This document shows positions 38,800 through 51,979 of a DNA stretch of 64,000 nucleotides, piece after piece; the first letter of the stretch is position 1, and every line of letters starts with the position of its first letter. The stretch spans positions 11,222,001 to 11,286,000 of the forward strand of contig JAQFVV010000003.1 of the NCBI GenBank assembly GCA_028023455.1. The letters are read 5' to 3'. Position numbers and translations under genes: made by a program. This stretch comes from Epiperipatus broadwayi (lineage: Eukaryota; Animalia; Onychophora). A model generated the notes under the pieces. The model was not told the origin of the DNA. It saw only the letters and a list, made by a program, of their open reading frames with translations, and searched no databases.

Positions 38800-41600
38800 A
38801 TCTACTAATGATTCGGTGGAGCTGGTATATTAAGTAAATTCCACGTTTCATTGTACATGAGTTTTGATGCTATGATAAAGTCTCTGTTTTTTACTTTTCT
38901 TATAAATTTTCATGAATAGACTTACTGGTTCAGGGACAGGCACTGTGAACATTACCTTACATCTGACATTCCATATAGCATGTGTAATAAAGATTGACAG
39001 TCTAATAATAGGAAAATGTTTAGTTTGTAAGGCTTCTTTTATATATATGATTTTGTAGTAATTCATCCTTAAGTTTTGGTATATAGCTAAATTTATTTTG
39101 TTGATCCCAGGGCATGAGTATATTATATGGGTGAAAGACACTTTCTTGCCTTTTACATATTTGACAAATAGGGTCTATCTTATTGTAAAATATTTAGAAA
39201 TGAAGAAATTTATTTGTGGGCATGGCTTTTAAGTTTATTTTAATAATGAGATTAAGGAATTTAGGCTCAAGAGTTAGAAATTTAAAAATTGTTGTTAATT
39301 TGTAATTGGTGAAGCCAAGATTTGGAGTAATTGTGGGATAATTTGGATTAATTATACTGTATGTCTCCCAGATGATAATTTTTGATTTTTGTAATTTTTG
39401 AGCTACAGTTAAATGCTGGTTAGCATCCAGAGCAGTTGATCCAACCAGCATATTTTATGAGTGGAGGATGGTCTACAGACCTACAGGTTGAATTGGTTCA
39501 TTGAAAGTTATTGATTCATATTTTTTCATGAGGTTAATAATTAACGTAAAAGATTTTTGAAAAAGAATTGAAGGAATGGAGTGGAAGGACATCCCATTGT
39601 ATTTATGGTGTACTTGCATTCTGGACATGCTAATTGATGCAGTGCTGTCCTTCCAGAAAAGTTTGGAGTATAAGCTGTTAATCTTTTTGAAAAAAGCTTT
39701 TGAAATCGTAATGATAGGCAGATAGTATGCAATTCTCGACATTACTTTCATGTTAAGGAGTGCAATCTTTCCTTATAATGATAAATATACTTTAGAGAGA
39801 GTTTGAATTATTTTAGAGGTAGAATCTATTAGAGTATTTTGTATCTATCTTGACAGTGATGGTTGAGAAAGGTGAATTGGAAAGCCCAGAAATTCTTGTG
39901 GTTTGGCGAGGAATCTTGAAGTTATTGTTTTCCTGAAAGAATTTTCTACAAGGAAGATTTCTTGGGGTTGAATTTAAGATGAGATGACAATGAAAAATTT
40001 TCAATTATTTGGTAGAGTGTTGGTGGGATTTTTTGGGATGGAAAAATAAATAAGATATCATCCATGTATGTGAATAGTTTGAATGACCTCTTAATTCTGG
40101 GTATGTATATTCCTGGGAATGAATTTTCTATGTTTTTTAGTAGTGGATTTAAATAACAAATGAAAAGCAGGGCACTGAGTGGGGAACCTTGTGGAATGAA
40201 AATATTGGGTTGGAGACCATTAGTATAGCATCCATTCAGCATAATGTGAATCTGTCTATTGCTAAGGAGATTTTCTATGATCTGGATAATTTGAGAGTGA
40301 ATGTTGATTTCGTTTAGGGGAGTGAGAAGTTTGAGAATGTTGACGGAGTCGAATGCTTTTGATATGTAGAGCTGAACTGCAACAGGCTTAGACATTTGCT
40401 TGGATCTAACATAATCAAAAAGCATCCTAACTTCACCAACTGCTGTCAAAGCTGAAGATCCTTTCTTAGCATATTGGGACTGAACAACATGGTTAAGAAT
40501 TGTCTGCTGTATTTTTTCCTTTATTACTCCTTCTATTACTTTGAGCATAATAGGAATCATGGAGATAGGTCTTATGTTGTTGATATCAGTAGAATGTTTA
40601 TTTTTCTTTATGTATGGTACAAGTGCTATTGGGTACACATTGTGTATTTGTCTTTTCTCAGTAGAAGGTGGTTTACCATACCCATCATAAATTGGGATTG
40701 CAAAGTTATTCAGGTGTGATATTAGGAATTTTGGGATGGCATGCATCCTAGGATGAACACTGACTGGAAGAGCAGAAAGTCTGTCCTGGAGCTCAGAGTA
40801 TGCAATTTCATGGTTAATAGCATCAGAGTGAGTCTTCCAGTTACTGTTAGTTGTAGTTTGGTTATTTTGTAGATGTTTTTTAAAGTACTGACTTATGTGT
40901 TCAATCATACATGGACCGGAGATGCTGCTTCCATCTATTACCAGTGATGTAGGTGTAAGGAGTTTTTTGATGGCATCCACCGCAGATAAATTCTGGTCCA
41001 GCAATGTTGGGCTGTGAGGTAATTTTGTGCTCTTTTAATGGAAATGTATTCAGTGATCGCAACCTGCTTAACTTTATAATGATGCTTTAGTTGCAAAAGG
41101 TGAGCTGTATGTTCTGGTTCAGCATTGCAAGCTTTTATTTTTTAGATGAATGTCATCGAGTTCTTTAATCAGAGTCGATGGGCTTTTTGTTTTTCTGGTA
41201 AAGTGTGCAATCAGAGTTTGTAAAATTCCAATGAATGCAAACCAAGCCTCCTAAGGGGGTCTATTCAACAGGTCAATCTTATGGAAAAGTATATATGCTT
41301 CAGAAGGAATAGCTTCTGTGAATGATGCCTTAGTTAGCAATCTGAGTGAATGGTTAAAGTTGAATGTAGCATCCTTTGCCAGACAGATGCACATTCCTGT
41401 ACTGGACAAGGATCATTCTTTTAAATAATATGATGCTGCAGATGTACATTCCTGTCAGTGTGGTTTTATGCTAACATCTTCATGTTGCATTGGTTGCATC
41501 TGTATATCAGGAAGTGAGCATTGGTTTGGCTATGAACTTTTAGCCTGAGATTGGATATTTTGAAAAGTTTTAATTGCATAATCTATGTAGCTTATCTATA
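38800..41600 (-). mobile_element. Divergent L1/Tx1-like LINE ORF2 (RT + C-terminal CCHC-like region), decayed
   Basis: ORF 39946-41004 has NIRPISMI, ISKAFDSV, IPQGSPLSALLF, YMDD, LKFNPKKS. Downstream L1/Tx1-type KLFWK and HIIYSC..HAIWNVRCK. Confidence 0.85.
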
Positions 41601-42402
41601 CTCAACATTCTAAAATAAAAATATAAACTGTCCATCTGTGCGAACTTACTAAAATAACAATTTGAATTTAAAATTAATAAAATTTAAAGCAATAAATTTA
41701 TTCCTCAAAGTTATATATGTGTAAATAAATGTTTTTTGTGATTATTATTGACAGTGGATTATTTTTTTAAATCTTTTTCTTTATTAAAATGTTTTAAATA
41801 AGTTCTTATATATTAAATCTCTGCATCTCCTTGAGCTAGTGGCAAGGGCTAACAGTCAATAATAAGATAAAATTAGATATTAACAAGAAGTATCTGCCTA
41901 TATTACAAATTTTCTAGGTTCGAATAACCTAGTGGCATCCTGTACCTCCCCAACCATTATAATGGTAATGAAATCCGTGATTTCTCTTCAATATTTTTTT
42001 TTCCATTTATATAATAAATTGTAAGGTCATTATGAATATATTTAAGGCTATATTTGAAGAAAATTCAGTTATCTGTAATTTGTAATGAAAGCTTTTGCTT
42101 TGACAGTATTTTTATTTTATATGTGGAAAATGATTTGAAGAAAAGAAAAATTAAAGAAGTATATTTTATAAATATAAAAGACAATTTATTAAATAAACAA
42201 TATGATTATGTTAATATACATAAATTATGAAAGTTAGTCATTCACATGGAAATGTTATGTGTGATTAAGGAGATCTAAAAAAAATTATTATTTTTTAACT
42301 GTAAAATGCTACTCAGAAAGACAGACATACCATAAGCTGGCTTATATATTGATATTTGGAATATTGTAGTGTTATTCCAAAGTTTTAGTTTATATATATA
42401 TA

Positions 42403-43418
42403 TTAAATTGAAAGGCTGCAAACTTATCATGCTTATTATAATTATAATACTTATCTGACAGCCAATCAGATGTTGTAATGGCTGTCTGAATAGCGATCAA
42501 ATCATAAACACAAGACAAAGAATTTTACAAGAAAAGGGAAGTCCACCCTCTTCTCTACTTGTCTTTCTATATATCCAAGCCAGTCTGAAGCATTTAGGTT
42601 GAAAGCATGAAGCTTTAAATATCTTCACATTTAACTCATTGAGTCTAAATTACAAACATACAGCACAAAATTCTACGATTTACTATGCAGTAGTCTTTTT
42701 AGATATTATAAATTGCAGTAACCTACGTAAATAATATTTATTTTATAAAGCGCAGACAGTTTGAAATTAAATTGAAAGGCTGCAAGCCTCTCATGCTTAT
42801 TATAATACTTATCTGACAGCCAATCAGATGTCTGTCTTAATAATGATCAAACCGTAAACACAAGACAAAGAATTTTACAAGAAAAAAATGGTCCACCCTC
42901 TTCTCTACTTGTCTTTCTATATATCTAAGCCAGTCTGATTGACTGTCAATAAGTATTATAATTATAATAAGCACAATAGGTTTGCAGCTTTTCAATTTAA
43001 TTTCAAACTGTCTGCGCTTTATAAAATAAATATTATTGACATACATTACTGCAATTTATAACATCTAAAAAAATTACTGCATAGTAAATCATAGGATTTC
43101 ATGCTGTATGTTTGTAATTTAGACTCAGTGAGTTAAAGGTGAAGATATTTAAAGCTTCATGCTTTCAAACCTAAATGCTTGTCTATATAGAAAGACAAGA
43201 GGGTGGATCACCCTTTTCTTTGTCTTGTGTTTTGATCGCTATTCAGACAGCCATCACAACATCTGATTGGCTGTCAGATAAGTATTATAATTATAATAAG
43301 TGTGAGAGGTTTGCAGCTTTTCAATTTAATTTCGATAAGTATTATAATTATAATAAGTGCGAGAGGTTTGCAACTTTTCAATTTAATTTCAAACTGTCTG
43401 CACTTTATAAAATAATTA
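42403..43418. repeat. Nested foldback palindrome between TA-rich flanks
   Basis: 42403-42828 pairs with 42934-43330. The loop 42829-42933 duplicates 42471-42588. An extra partial module occupies 43335-43418. Confidence 0.9.
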
Positions 43419-44070
43419 CTATATATATATATGCAAGTGTTACATATATATTCATTTTTATGATTTTTTTTTTTAAAAAGGACTAAAATAAAATATTATT
43501 TAAATCAATTTGAAATATAATGCTCTTTATATTTTTCAATAATATTTTGGCAATCTCTACAAATTTCCTCAGAATATTTTTAATCCTTTTTTATTTAAAT
43601 AATTAAAAAAAATTTTTTTTAATTTAAAAAATACAAATGAAAAAATTGTGTTTATTTAAACTTTAATAAAAAAGAAATTAAAGAAGACTTCAAGGATACC
43701 AGATAAAATATTACAGAAAAAACAAATGTTGTTTGTCCATATTATGAGAAAGTTCTAAATCATGAAACAATTGCTTTGAAGGAGTTGATTGGCTGATTAT
43801 TTTAGTATGATGTCAAAAATATGATTATTTCTGGTAATTTTATTAGTTATTTTGTTGTGTTTGAGTAATTAAATCATGTATTTTTTTTCCTCAGTGATGA
43901 AAGTTTATTCATCAAAAAAGGTACAAATACAGTTAAATAAAAGGTTTACAAAGACTGATTGGAATTCAGGAGCAACATAGTGAAACGTGAAGGATACATA
44001 TGAAAAAGGAAAGGGATGTGGAAAGGGTGTGTATTAACCATTAAAGATAAATGAATAATACAATTAGGAA

Positions 44071-45140
44071 TTATTTGTAAAGTCTAGAGTTCAAATATGA
44101 GTAGCATTTTAGAAATACAATATTGAGAAATCCAATTTGTGATGGATAAGTTGAAAATATGAAAACACTTGGAGATAACAATATTGGAAATAATAAATTT
44201 AAATAGGGTGAAGCACTTGCAATTAAAATCATTAGGCCAATCTGTAGTTTACTTTGCAATAATACTTGGATAAAATACTTTATAACAATAATGCTAAAAA
44301 CGCTATGAATAGCATTTTTTTCTTTCCTGTGAATGAGAAAATCAACATTTGCAACAATCCCCACAGCACCCTCATCCTAGCCCTCCCCCCTCAAAAAACC
44401 AGGATTTAGGTCTCTGCCCCCCCCCACCCAACAACCAGACTCTCATTCAATCAGCAAAGTTGAGTGTAATGAAAATTTTAATTAAAAGGGACAATTATGA
44501 ATTATTTGCAAAGTCTAGAATTCAAATATGAATAGTGTTTTAGGAGTACAATATTGGGAAATCCAATTTATGGTAGATAAGTTGAGAAATAGGAAAACAC
44601 TTGGAGCTTACATAAAGTATGGACTAAATCAATCTACTGTTTAGTTCTTCCAAATTGCCTCAAATATCTTCACAAGAGAGCAATCCCAAATACTTAAGAA
44701 AAATTATGGAAAAACTATACAGAACAAAGAAAAAAAATCCAAGCTTCAAAATGACTTTGCTGAAAACCATTCTAATCCATCATGAAAATCACATGAACAG
44801 CAAAAGGTCAGCCCTATCAATAACAACATTGAAAGTAATAAAATTGAATAACATGAATCACTTGCAAGTAGAATCATGAGGCCTAACCACAGCCTATCTT
44901 GCAAAAAAATATGGATAAAATCATTCATGACAATAACGTTAAAGAATCACCATAAATAATGTTATTTTTTCTATCTTGTGAATGAGAAAAACCAATGTTG
45001 GTAACAGTCACCACAGTACCCTCATCCCAGCTCCCTCCCTAAAAAAACTAGGATTTAGGCCCCTGGGGATCCTCCCAACAACCGGACTCTCTCATTCATT
45101 CAACAAAATTAAGTGAAATGAAAATTTTCATTAAAAGATA
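44071..45140. repeat. Diverged tandem duplication (units 44071-44500 and 44501-45140)
   Basis: ttatttg.aaagtctaga.ttcaaatatga.tag...tttag and gtgaatgagaaaa..cacag.accctcatcc.agc..ggatttagg shared; the second unit has ~200 extra bases. Confidence 0.8.
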
Positions 45141-45424
45141 AAATCTCTGTAGAAATCTTTTGTAATTTCAATGGTTGCCATATATTTACATAGTGTTTTT
45201 ATAAAAGTTAAAATTATTCTTACTTGTGATTACACTGTTGATATAGCTTGCATATGAAAAGAAAGCTAAGAAACTCCTCTTTTTAATAGGAATAGTTTTA
45301 GATATTTAATTCCCTAAACTAGGAAAAAGGGAACGAAACAGAGAACCAGAAACAGTATTAACTGGAGTCCTTGGCTCCCTCTAGTGGACTAATTCATGTA
45401 TTATTGTCATAAAAAATTAATTAA

Positions 45425-46960
45425 ATGCTATGCATGGAGTGTACTATTGTATGGTTGTAGAACATTGACAATACTAATAAAAATTAGGAACAGATTGGAA
45501 GTCTTTGAGATGCGGATATAAAAAAAAATGGAAAAAGTCAGGTGGATGAATAAAATAATAAATGAAGAAGTTCTGAAAATATTAAATAAATAAAAAAGAT
45601 TGATTGGGGAAATCAGAAAAAGAAAAAGAAACAGGATTGGATATACACCTGGGTCTCATTTTATGTGAATTATTTTAATGCAATTTTGAAGTTATGTAAT
45701 TCATGTTTCTTCTTAATATCTTTCATATTTCACTATATTTATTAGATATCAAGAAATTTAAATTATTAATAACTTATTTTGACTTGAAATACTTTTTTTT
45801 TTTAAAAAATATAACATTATATTAGCAGCTAATGTGAATATGGCCTGAAGCTGTATTTGGAATCTTAGCTTCTATGTAAATAACCTATTTATACTAATAA
45901 GTAAATAATAATAATAATAATAATAATAGATTTATACTTATGTATAAAAATATTGCAATAAATATTCAAAAAATTTAAACTTTTAAAATGTATTTTGTTA
46001 GATATAACAGAAATAAATAATCTTTTAGATTTTTAAAATAAACAAAGACTTTATTGATTTTGTAAACTGAAAATAAAATAATCTTTCTAATGATAATGTA
46101 TAATTTTTTTAATATAGAAACAAAATGTGAACATTTAAAATTTATTTCAGTAGTAAAAATCAGTTAATCATAGATTTTAGATTGATGAGTGAGACAAAGA
46201 CAAACATCAGAAAATGCTGAAATCTGAGTTTCCTGCAATAAACAACCTCTTAAATTCCAACAAGAGCTAAATAGTTATATATCTGGATATCGCGAGCTTT
46301 ATAAACAATTAGTAAAATCATTATCTCAAAATTTAATCACTGATTACATTGTTAACAGAAAACCATTAACACAGCACAAGACTGAAAGTAGCACTAGTTG
46401 TATTTGCTCTTGTGACGAATCTGATTTCTTACCAGTTCACAAATGAATGCAAATTGTCAAATAGTGGTAATGATTAAAATATGTATGAAAAATGTAAAAT
46501 TAAATTATGTAGTTAATAAAAAAAAGTAAAAAAACTTTGTCTTGTATTAATTTTTTTCAAATATTTGAAATTTTTTATTAGTCATACTTTATATCCTTAT
46601 TTTTTTAATGCGAATTTTAAAATAATTTTTCCTTGTTGCTTTGCTGTTATGCGATTTCTGAAAATTACAGAACCTATCCCCCATTTTTCAAGGTAAGTTA
46701 AGTCTATTTTTGTGCAATTTTTTTAATGCGAGTTTTCTGCGGAACCTATCTATTGCATAAAACAAGACCCAGGTGTATATTAAGAAGAAAATATAGTTTA
46801 ATGTGGAAGGAATGGTGAATAGAAGTAAGAAGAAAGAATGGTAAAGATTGACAATGTTGATATAAAAGATGGAAGAGTTACATGGAATTGAAAAGCTGGT
46901 CAATGAAGATATATGAATGAAAAAAAATGGATGAATTGATGGTGTGAGTACTTTCTGGAC
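45425..46960 (+). mobile_element. RTE 3' fragment split by a MITE
   Basis: WSVLLYGCRTL..RLEVFEMR..EEVL..EIRKRKRNRIG before 45645. The frame resumes after 46777 (LRRK..IKDGR.YMELK). Confidence 0.6.
45646..46775. mobile_element. Tc1/mariner (pogo/Tigger-type) MITE
   Basis: TIRs cacctgggtctcattttatgtgaa and ttgcataaaacaagacccaggtg, with TA TSDs at 45644-45 and 46776-77. Confidence 0.85.
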
Positions 46961-47149
46961 TTATCCATGGCATAGAATACACTATCAACTGATTAATTGT
47001 CAATTTAGGAATGCATACTTTTGAGTTATAAAATAGTGAATTAATTCATTAATGTTTAAGGTGTTAGACTTTAAAATTGTTCTGTCAGAGGTTATTTTGC
47101 TAATATTTGAGAATTAAGTTGTGATTTTTTACTGCTTTTAAATTTAATC

Positions 47150-48330
47150 CATCTTGCACTTAGTATTTATATTGAGTGCTTTGAAAAAATGATTGTGGGC
47201 TCTAATTCAGATGATGAGTGGTAGTATAAGTTGTAAAAAATTATTCTAGAGAAGTTGATTGGTTGGTTATTTTATTTAGCTGTCAAAAGTGGAAAGTATC
47301 ATTAGTGATTTGATTGCCTGTTTTATTAAAACTGTTTGGATAGTTAATTTATATGTTATTTCCAACTTAGCATTGTGTATATTTGAATTATAACATAGTA
47401 GATAAAATAATTAATGATTATCTAAAGCTTTGTAATGATGACATTTTATTTGTTAGATTATTTCCATCATTGACGTGAACTGTTAAATGTTTTCAGAAAA
47501 ATTCAACAGAACTATTAACATTCATCATAACAACAATATGCTTTCAATACAATACAGAATTTTTCCAACAAAATCAAGATATAATTTTGGTTTCACTGAC
47601 TCTGATTAACAATATTAAACTGAAGGATTCAAACCTGTTGTCTTCAATACTATTTTAACTCCATTTTAAATCTGTTTTTCAGTATGTTGTGACAAATTCA
47701 TTTAAGGGGATAATGATAGAGCACTATTTCAGACATTCTAGACACATATCAGTAATATATCTCCTTCAATTAAATTTACAATGACATGTTTAGATGATTT
47801 TGTGGCAAGATTCCTTCATGGCAAAATCAAAACTATTGTTTACAAATAATCCACATACAAAAAAAATATTTAGCATATCCACCAATCATGTTGGAAATAC
47901 AGAGAACTTATACTATCATTATAGCTACAAATAAAAAACAGCTTTTTCAAAAGTCAGTGACTTGAAAGAAAAAGTCCAATATAAAACAAACTATCAATAA
48001 GAAAGATTATCTTTTCATTATTATTAAGAAAGTAAACAGTACAATAAGTATCTATGCACATTGAGGAATTTGCATTTACTATCTCAAAACATTTTTCCAA
48101 AACCATAGAACATTTCAAGAAATCATAACTTCTACAAAACCAAACTTGAAATGCTTAAAAATAAAAACTACTTCTAAAAAAATGAATGTAGGACATATAT
48201 CAGTAAAACTAGATGATGATCAAAACAACTAATTAAAAAAACATGAAACAATGATTAGAGAAAAAACAAATGAGTCTGAAGTGGCAGATTATGCATAATT
48301 TTTTGAAATATGTTCAATTGGAAAAATACA
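47150..48330. mobile_element. Decayed Penelope-like fragments in opposite orientations
   Basis: Plus strand ISPSIKFTM and GKIKTIVYK at 47750-47860; minus strand QFT..EN at ~47480 leftward. Highly degraded. Confidence 0.4.
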
Positions 48331-48564
48331 AAAAAAAAAATTGGGACAACAGGAAAAGTATAAATATATCATTTAACCTCATAAATCTTTCTAGTGTGAT
48401 AATTAAATAATGTTTAAAAATCACTCATTAATCATCTTTAAAAAGGAAAAAACCCTTTTGGCAGAATAGCTTAATTAAATTCTAATCCTGAATCTAAAAT
48501 TTGTCAATTTACTATGAATAGACATACCAACAATATCTGAAGAAAAGGGGAAATATTTTGGGTG

Positions 48565-49499
48565 CCAGATGCTAAAAAAAAATTTACTATGTAATGGTCA
48601 GAATTCATATGATCTCAGTCAATACTCCTAATGTGGCATAAGTATAAATTAGTATAGTATTAATAATTCAGCCAGTCCCTATGGGTATATAATGGTAGCA
48701 AGCCTGTATTTCATGCCCCAGACTAAATACATTAGCTATCGTGTGAGATAGACATTGAATGAGATATATGGCAGTGAATTTACTTATCCCAACAATAGAT
48801 TAATATATAAAGTTTTAAATTAAAGATTAATTCTAAAGGGGCTTGTTACTTGAGAGCAGATAATGTGGAAGGCTTGGGAAGTGAGATCAAAAGCAGAGAA
48901 TAAAAGAATAATTGAACTGGATGAGAGGTGGTATTGATAGGCATGCCATAGAATAATAATGGACTGAACTTTGAAATGTAAGCCAGGAGGAAAATATAAA
49001 CTCATGGATGGGATTTCTACTGGGTACCCTACAAGACTGGTCATAAATGCAAGTATGTGTGTGGGGCAACTTCTGCCACTGTCACTACCCAACCACATGA
49101 CGGACTCAGCTTTCCATGGGAGCACTTTGAACTATGACCTTCCTAATGGAGTGGAAAGATACCTATAAATATAATTATCCAGTGATTTCCCTGGTTTGAA
49201 ATAAGAGAAAACTTTGACATCGCTCAATAATAACACCTATTGTTTGATAATAAAACATTATATATATATATAATTGCTAATAAATAATAACTCACTCCCA
49301 AGACCCACATTTATGAGTGATTAAATTACAAGCTGTCAAATAACCTGAGATTGGTTTAATTATAAAGTTAAATTCAATAAATACCAGTCAATACTAATAA
49401 CAAAAGGATAAAGAGTGTAATTCTAGTCTATTTCTATTGCTAAATGCACCAGACGCTAAAAAAAAATTTACTATGTAACGGTCAGAATTTGTACATCTC
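48565..49499 (+). repeat. ~52-bp direct repeats (48565-48616, 49449-49499)
   Basis: ccaga(t/c)gctaaaaaaaaatttactatgtaa(t/c)ggtcagaatt occurs twice. Confidence 0.85.
48650..49250 (+). mobile_element. Possible Gypsy RT/RNase H remnant
   Basis: ORF 48971-49168 GYPTRLVINASMCVGQLL..ERY loosely resembles PTRL..DAS..GLGA.L..E.RY. Confidence 0.35.
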
Positions 49500-50709
49500 T
49501 TTACCCAATTGCATTTTCCCTCCACTACAATTGAACAATTGAAGAGCAGCACTACAGGTGGGTTCAGAGCCTGCAATGCTGAGTTCAAACCTAATAGATT
49601 GACTACACAACATATAACTACAGGATAACGTACCTGCCACCACATTAGCAAACATCTTTTAGGCCATGGGGGTCAGGAAGATGCAAGAGACTCTAACTAA
49701 TTCTATTACAACTAATATTATTATAAAACTAATGAATGACTTTATTATATTAACTTATTCGATACGAGACACTATGGCTATAAGGTATTAAGAAAATGGA
49801 CATGAAGACGAAGATATAATTAAAACTATATTTAATGTTGGTATAAAAACTTTTTACAAACTTGAAACACTGTTATATACTAAATTGTATATAATTGAAT
49901 GTATTTAGAAAAGTATAAATAAAGATTGAATTTTTTAAAAAACATTTAACAACTAAACAAGATTATGGAAATAGCTATCATATAACTACAAATATTACTT
50001 AATGTTTAAGGCAGTAGACTTTGTAATTGTTTTCAAATTGCCATATGGTATTTGATATAATATTTAAATGTTGAATATTGGTAAAACATGTCATGACTAT
50101 TTCATGCTTTAAAATCTGACTAGTTTTGTGTTTGATATTTATATATAAAAAGTTTTGAACTTACATTAAAATATAAGCCAAGAGTTCAGAGTTAACTGAT
50201 GACTATGTTTGAAACTCTGTCATATAATTTTCCTGAAAAAACTGATTGGCTAGTTGTGTTTAAGCATAATGTCAAAAGTAATAAATATTCATTAAGTGAC
50301 AATTTGTTTGTTGGTTTGTTTAAACTACCTAAGTAATTAATATATGCCACAAAAGCTTAATTGTGATTAAATTGTAAGATATACTACACTTATAAATAAT
50401 TTCTGGTTCATAAGAAACAGGTGGAAGCAAATGACTTTACTTAAAAAATTAAAAATTATGCATGGTCAATTTAATTTCCATTCAAATCAACAATAATTAT
50501 GCATATTATAATATCAATATCATGTTTTATAATAAATCTAATGCTTCAACAATTCTTCTTAAAAAGTGGTAGAAACCAATAGCAACTTACCACTAATGAT
50601 AATTAAATGTTTCATAATGCTTGATCTTAGATCCCTTTGGCAATTTTTTTTAACTGATTACTCATTATACATATACATGTCTGCATTAAATTATTAATTT
50701 ATTTTATTT

Positions 50710-50864
50710 CATCTACTCCATATCCATCTGTTGTAAATTTGAGAAATCAATAAATGCTTTATGATAATGTCAATCTAGAAATTAGATTGATGTTTTGGAT
50801 GTAGCACAATCATCTCAATTTTACTGATTTCTCAAGCTTACAACAGATGGCTCAGGAGTAAATG
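50710..50864. mobile_element. Small MITE-like inverted repeat (~45-bp arms)
   Basis: catctactcc..ccatctgttgtaa..ttgagaaatca.taaa versus its reverse complement at 50820-50864. Internal tcaatcta/tagattga hairpin. Confidence 0.65.
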
Positions 50865-51979
50865 GGGTGAATATAGATGTTGAAAGTATACTAAAAATTT
50901 TAGAACATAAATATTAAATTAAACCTATAAGACACAATTGATTTTAAGACTTGTGATATAGTAATTGGTATATAGATTTGTGAGATATACAAACTGCAAT
51001 TCATCTATGGAATGAAAATGAATTTTTTATTAAGCTTAGCCTATCACAACTCAGCAGCAACCTATATGCAAATCACTCTGATTCCAAATGCACTCATATT
51101 GTATTTTTATTGGAACAGACTTTCCTATTCACAATACAAAAAACAAAATGGTTGTAAATTAAAATCAGTTAGCTCATAACGAGTTCACATAGATTTAAAA
51201 CCATATACAGATGTCTCTACACTTATGCACATCCAGTATATGTAATTTTGGACTTGTGTAAATAATTCCCAGCATATTTGAATAAAAATAAAATAAAAAT
51301 TGTCAAATATAAATCAGCACAGTTCGCAATTCTTCTTTCTGTCATCTTTTGTGATATATTTTGGTTATTTTCTTTGGTGAAAAATATTTTCATATTCTGC
51401 ACCATGGTTAATGATTAGCACGCATCTAAAGATAAAATTCGATTTACATAAAATTTTGATAAAGCAAAAAGTTCATAAGCAGATCATTTGTGTAAATTAA
51501 GAATTACCTATATATGTATATATATGTTAAAATTTGAAAATATTTGCTACTAACTGTTATTTAAAAAAGAAAAAAACACTAAACTTCAAAAATGGTTACA
51601 ATATAATAAATAGATTTTAATAAATAATTATAAAAATTGTTTATTTCTTTTAATTTAAAATTATAGAGAAATTTGATTATAGACAGGGTTTGTTCAAAGA
51701 TTATAAGAATTAGCAAAAAAAATAATTCAATAATTATTGATCCAAAAAAGTAAAAACAAGTCCTTTGAAAAACAAGAATAAAATAAATCACTTTCTTAAA
51801 ACGACTTTTAACAAATCAATAATGTAAAAGAATGCACGAACAATTAAATATATATTTAAAGGGATTCCACCTTTATAGTTAAAAGGAAATTGCCTTGACA
51901 ACATTTTGAGATTGTTGATTATCATATATATTGGGATTGTCTAAGTGTTGGATACGTGTACATCCTGCTTATACTTTAG

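Noticed and set aside
40474-40719. Plus-strand 81-aa ORF
   Set aside because: Antisense shadow of the L1/Tx1-like RT.
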